This document shows, piece after piece, positions 60,834-64,000 of a stretch of DNA of 64,000 nucleotides (position 1 is the first letter of the stretch; every line of letters starts with the position of its first letter). Made by a program: the position numbers and the translations under genes. The notes below the pieces were generated by a model. That model saw only the letters and a program-made list of their open reading frames with translations, was not told the DNA's origin and did no database searches. The stretch is from Hydrolagus colliei (lineage: Eukaryota), in the NCBI GenBank assembly GCA_035084275.1, contig CM068750.1, positions 9,548,001 to 9,612,000 on the forward strand. Reading direction: 5' to 3'.

Positions 60834-61137
60834 CTATAACTTAGTGTTTAGAACACTCACCTTGCAAGTGATATACTTGGGTTTGATTCCAGGCAGAGCA
60901 AAACCTTGGACAAGTTTCCTTTCTCCACATGCCTGATCCCCACAGGAAAAAAGAACACAATAATAAATTGGTCACTTCAATCTATGGCTGTTTGTGGGAC
61001 GCTGCTGTATACGCAATTGTCTGCCGCGTTTTGCCCACAAAATGTACTGTAAATTCATTTTACAGTATATTCTACAAAGCGTTTTCAGACATCTGGAAGA
61101 TGTGAAAAGCACGACATCAAATGCAGGGATTATTATT
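60834..61137 (+). mobile_element. Full-length short tRNA-derived SINE (right member of inverted pair)
   Basis: CTATAACTTAGTGTTTAGAACACTCACCTTGCAAG...GGGTTTGATTCCAGG...GGACAAGTTTCC...ATCAAATGCAGGG(ATT)n. Confidence 0.9.
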
Positions 61138-62959
61138 TGTGAACAGTGGACATCCCAAAATGTCTTGGAATAATTTAGCAGTGACTGCATACACCTTCAA
61201 GAGACAGGACTCCAACACCTCAAATGAGAATACAGAGCTGAGCCATGCAGAATGAGGATATCTAATTGAGCTTATTGTGGAAAATACAGAAAAAATCATT
61301 TTGTGTTATTTACTGTGTCAACAACTATCTGTCATAGGTACTGTATTTCATGGTGGCCTCTTATCTCAAACCGGGAGATAGAAGACTGTTCGTATCTTCC
61401 ATAATCTTTCAGATTCTCTTGCACAATATTAAATTTCAGCAGACTATTGATTACCAACTTCTGAAATCACCTTTCTGCCAGTATTAGGTGCTTGAATAAA
61501 TATTTGTCAAAATTTACTACACCATGTTTCAGTCAAATCCCCCAGGGGTATGACCCATGCAGAAAATGGGATGTGTGCTTCGGCTAGGCAGCAAACATGT
61601 CACACAAACTCTTTGCAATTGGAGCTGACCTTTTTTCATCCCTACAGGGCATATAAAAATGTCTCTCATTGCTTCTCACATCTCCAGTGTGTGCCTGAGG
61701 ATGGCTTTCCCATTGTATTGGTTTGCGTGATGCATTGTGTTTGGGATTGTTTAAAATTGAACTAAATATGATTTTATGAGGCTTCCTTTTTGGAAAAACT
61801 GTACGCACATTAGCTTGTAATTTGTCCCAATTACATACAACACTCGGGAATCCAAATCACAAGACCTGGTTACTTTCAGAACTTCAAATGAATGGAAATT
61901 ATGTTTCTGAAAAAAACTTAACATAATGCAAGTCATAAAGAGTCTAAAACAACCACCTGCCGGGAAAGCAATATACTCTGCTAATAAAAATTTTATTTTA
62001 CAGTTAACGCTTGGTTCAGTACTGAAATAGAGTAGTGCTGGATTCACTTCATTGCCGGGTGCCATGAAATTCCTGACCCGATGCAGGCACCCTGTTGTGA
62101 CCACAATCAGCTCTCATTACATGGCATCATTATCAGTGGGTCAAGAAATAAGGCAATGTGCCCAAGTAAATTTTTACAGTTTTTCTTATACACATGGAAG
62201 GTTCAGAAATACAATTTGGATGAGCCTTGCCTGGATTATCCTTTTAACGTCACAACCCATCCTTTCCATGTGATGAGGTGATTATTATTGGCAGCCCAGT
62301 GCTCCAGGTCAGCAAGATTCATTTGCTATTACCCTACTCACCTTCAGCAAGCTCTATCTTCTCTCCCCCTCCCCCCACAATTTTATGCATTCCGAGATTC
62401 TGCCCTTGATGTCCTTGCTTTTATCCAAATTGGACTGTCAATTGCAAGGCTCCCTGCCCTTTATGGATAAGTTACACCGCAACCCTGACCCAGTGTCTAG
62501 CTTTATAACATTACCACTTCAGTTGGGAATCACAGTCTTTCTATTCATCCAACCTGCTGCCTACATGACCAACGAAATAGGCACTCTCTAGAACAAAGTT
62601 ATGTTCAATAAGGTTTATCCACACATCTTTTCTACTGTACTCAGGTAGGTTAGATGTATTTCCTTAGTGACCTGAACTGGTAAGCTCAATTGAACCAATT
62701 GCGGACTTGTCAGATGTAATCCTTTTTGTTTCCACAACAGTATATCTCAGAGGAATTACTTGTTACTTTCTTGCTTTCCATCTCTGTTACTACTAAAACC
62801 AAGTAGAAGATAATTATCAGGTACTGGGTATTGGAGCTGCAAATAGTTTTCCCCAAAGATACTTTCTTGCAGCAACCTCTTCAAAAAGACATTCATGCAT
62901 TGGAAAGGCTTCACAGAACAATGAGATTTCAGTGCTTAAAACAAGGTATGAGTGAAGGT

Positions 62960-63345
62960 ACTGTATGTAGATAGAACTGGGATTGTTCTTCTTGGAGAAG
63001 AGAAGACCTGAATCATGCAACATCTGGGTTTTCAAGATGTTTAAATGCTTGCATATGCTGGATGTAAGCAGCCTATTTTCCCGTTAAACTATAATTGCAG
63101 GATTCGATGTGTAACCATAAATATTCTGGATCTCAAGCAAAGCTAGAAAGAAGCCTTTGTCTCCACAATGAGGTAGCTGGTTGGAACAGACTCATATAAA
63201 TTAGTTAGCACTATGCCAATTAGCTGGTTTTAAAACAATAGTTGTATGAGTGATGGGTTATGAAAGGGCCTTCTGAATTACAGGGACAAGGTTAGGAAAA
63301 CATGGAATGGAAAATTATGGATCCAAAACGTTTCTTGTGTGTAAT
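62960..63345 (+). mobile_element. CR1 LINE 3' fragment (old)
   Basis: GAACTGGGATTGTTCTTCTTGGAGAAGAGAAGA encodes ELGLFFLEKRR (cf. LGLFSLEQRR in the young CR1); TGGAACAGACTC (WNRL) downstream. Confidence 0.6.
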
Positions 63346-64000
63346 GATTTTTGACTGATTCTTCAATAACATTAAGAACACTTACTGGAGGAGCAATGAG
63401 CATGTGCTCAGTTGTGTATGTGCAGAGATAACTTCAGACCTTAACCAATGCGATTAGGAATTAGGTGTATAACTCAGATGTCCTGCTACTAATCGCTTCA
63501 CTGTTGGAAGTGATATTGCTTGTCTTCTAAAAGTATAAGCTGGGCTCCAGTGATATTCTGCAGTTGAATGTTTGATTGCTTTCAGATTTGGGAAAAAAAT
63601 CAGGTCACAGAGTTTTCTATTCTGGAACCAGTTATTCGTAGTCATTCCCCTGGTTTTTGGTTAGGCTATTCCTTGAACAAAACACACAAAGACATCACCT
63701 TGGAAACTTGATGGACATTTCCACTACATAATTCTTTTGGCATTCTTGTGATAGTGACATAATAGTGTCCAATATCTGACCAAAGCTTTTATTTAAGTGA
63801 ACTGATATTTTGGTGTGGGGAAGGTGGTGGGGTGGGGGTGGGGGCGGAGGATGGTAGAGAAGAAAGGAAAACATCAGCTATATATGAGCAGAGCTATATA
63901 TCTGCTTGAATAATAGAACACAGCTTCTTACAAAATAGAAAGCTGTGTTTTGCTGATTACATTATAATTAAGCAGATGCTTCTGCCCTTCGCCGACAAAA

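Noticed and set aside
60755-60900. tRNA-like sequences with A/B boxes and TGC loop
   Set aside because: They are SINE heads running directly into SINE bodies, without a complete acceptor stem; not tRNA genes.
62290-62490. Possible old L2 fragment
   Set aside because: Pyrimidine-rich resemblance only; too decayed to support.
63169-63190. TGAGGTAG let-7 seed-like start
   Set aside because: The rest does not match let-7, there is no hairpin, and it lies inside a CR1 relic.
586-63645. The many 60-144 aa ORFs in the six-frame track
   Set aside because: Apart from those overlapping CR1, L2 and transposase relics, none shows a recognisable domain; lengths are typical of random ORFs and many use non-ATG starts.

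Overview
AT-rich, gene-poor vertebrate genomic DNA (large intron or intergenic); no host protein-coding exon, rRNA, true tRNA or known miRNA was recognised. The repeat content (CR1 and L2 LINE relics, Deu-domain tRNA-SINEs, a shorter tRNA-SINE ending in AAATGCAAGG(ATT)n, a Penelope-type terminal fragment) points to a cartilaginous fish, possibly a chimaera; this rests on recalled repeat consensus sequences, not a database search. The only long ORFs are the two halves of ORF2 of a young, 5'-truncated CR1 (56846-58818, minus). Most notable: (1) an intact minimal hammerhead ribozyme motif in a Penelope-type fragment at 19535-19573; (2) a ~600-bp nested fold-back element at 28650-29255 with an internal pre-miRNA-sized hairpin; (3) the young CR1 has a templated-filler internal deletion that creates a splice donor and an 18-bp snap-back at its 5' junction; (4) two head-to-head SINE pairs within 5 kb, one split by the CR1; (5) a decayed DDD-type Tc1/mariner transposase at ~59.7-60.1 kb. 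Ends of old repeats are approximate. No new system is demonstrated; these are leads to test.
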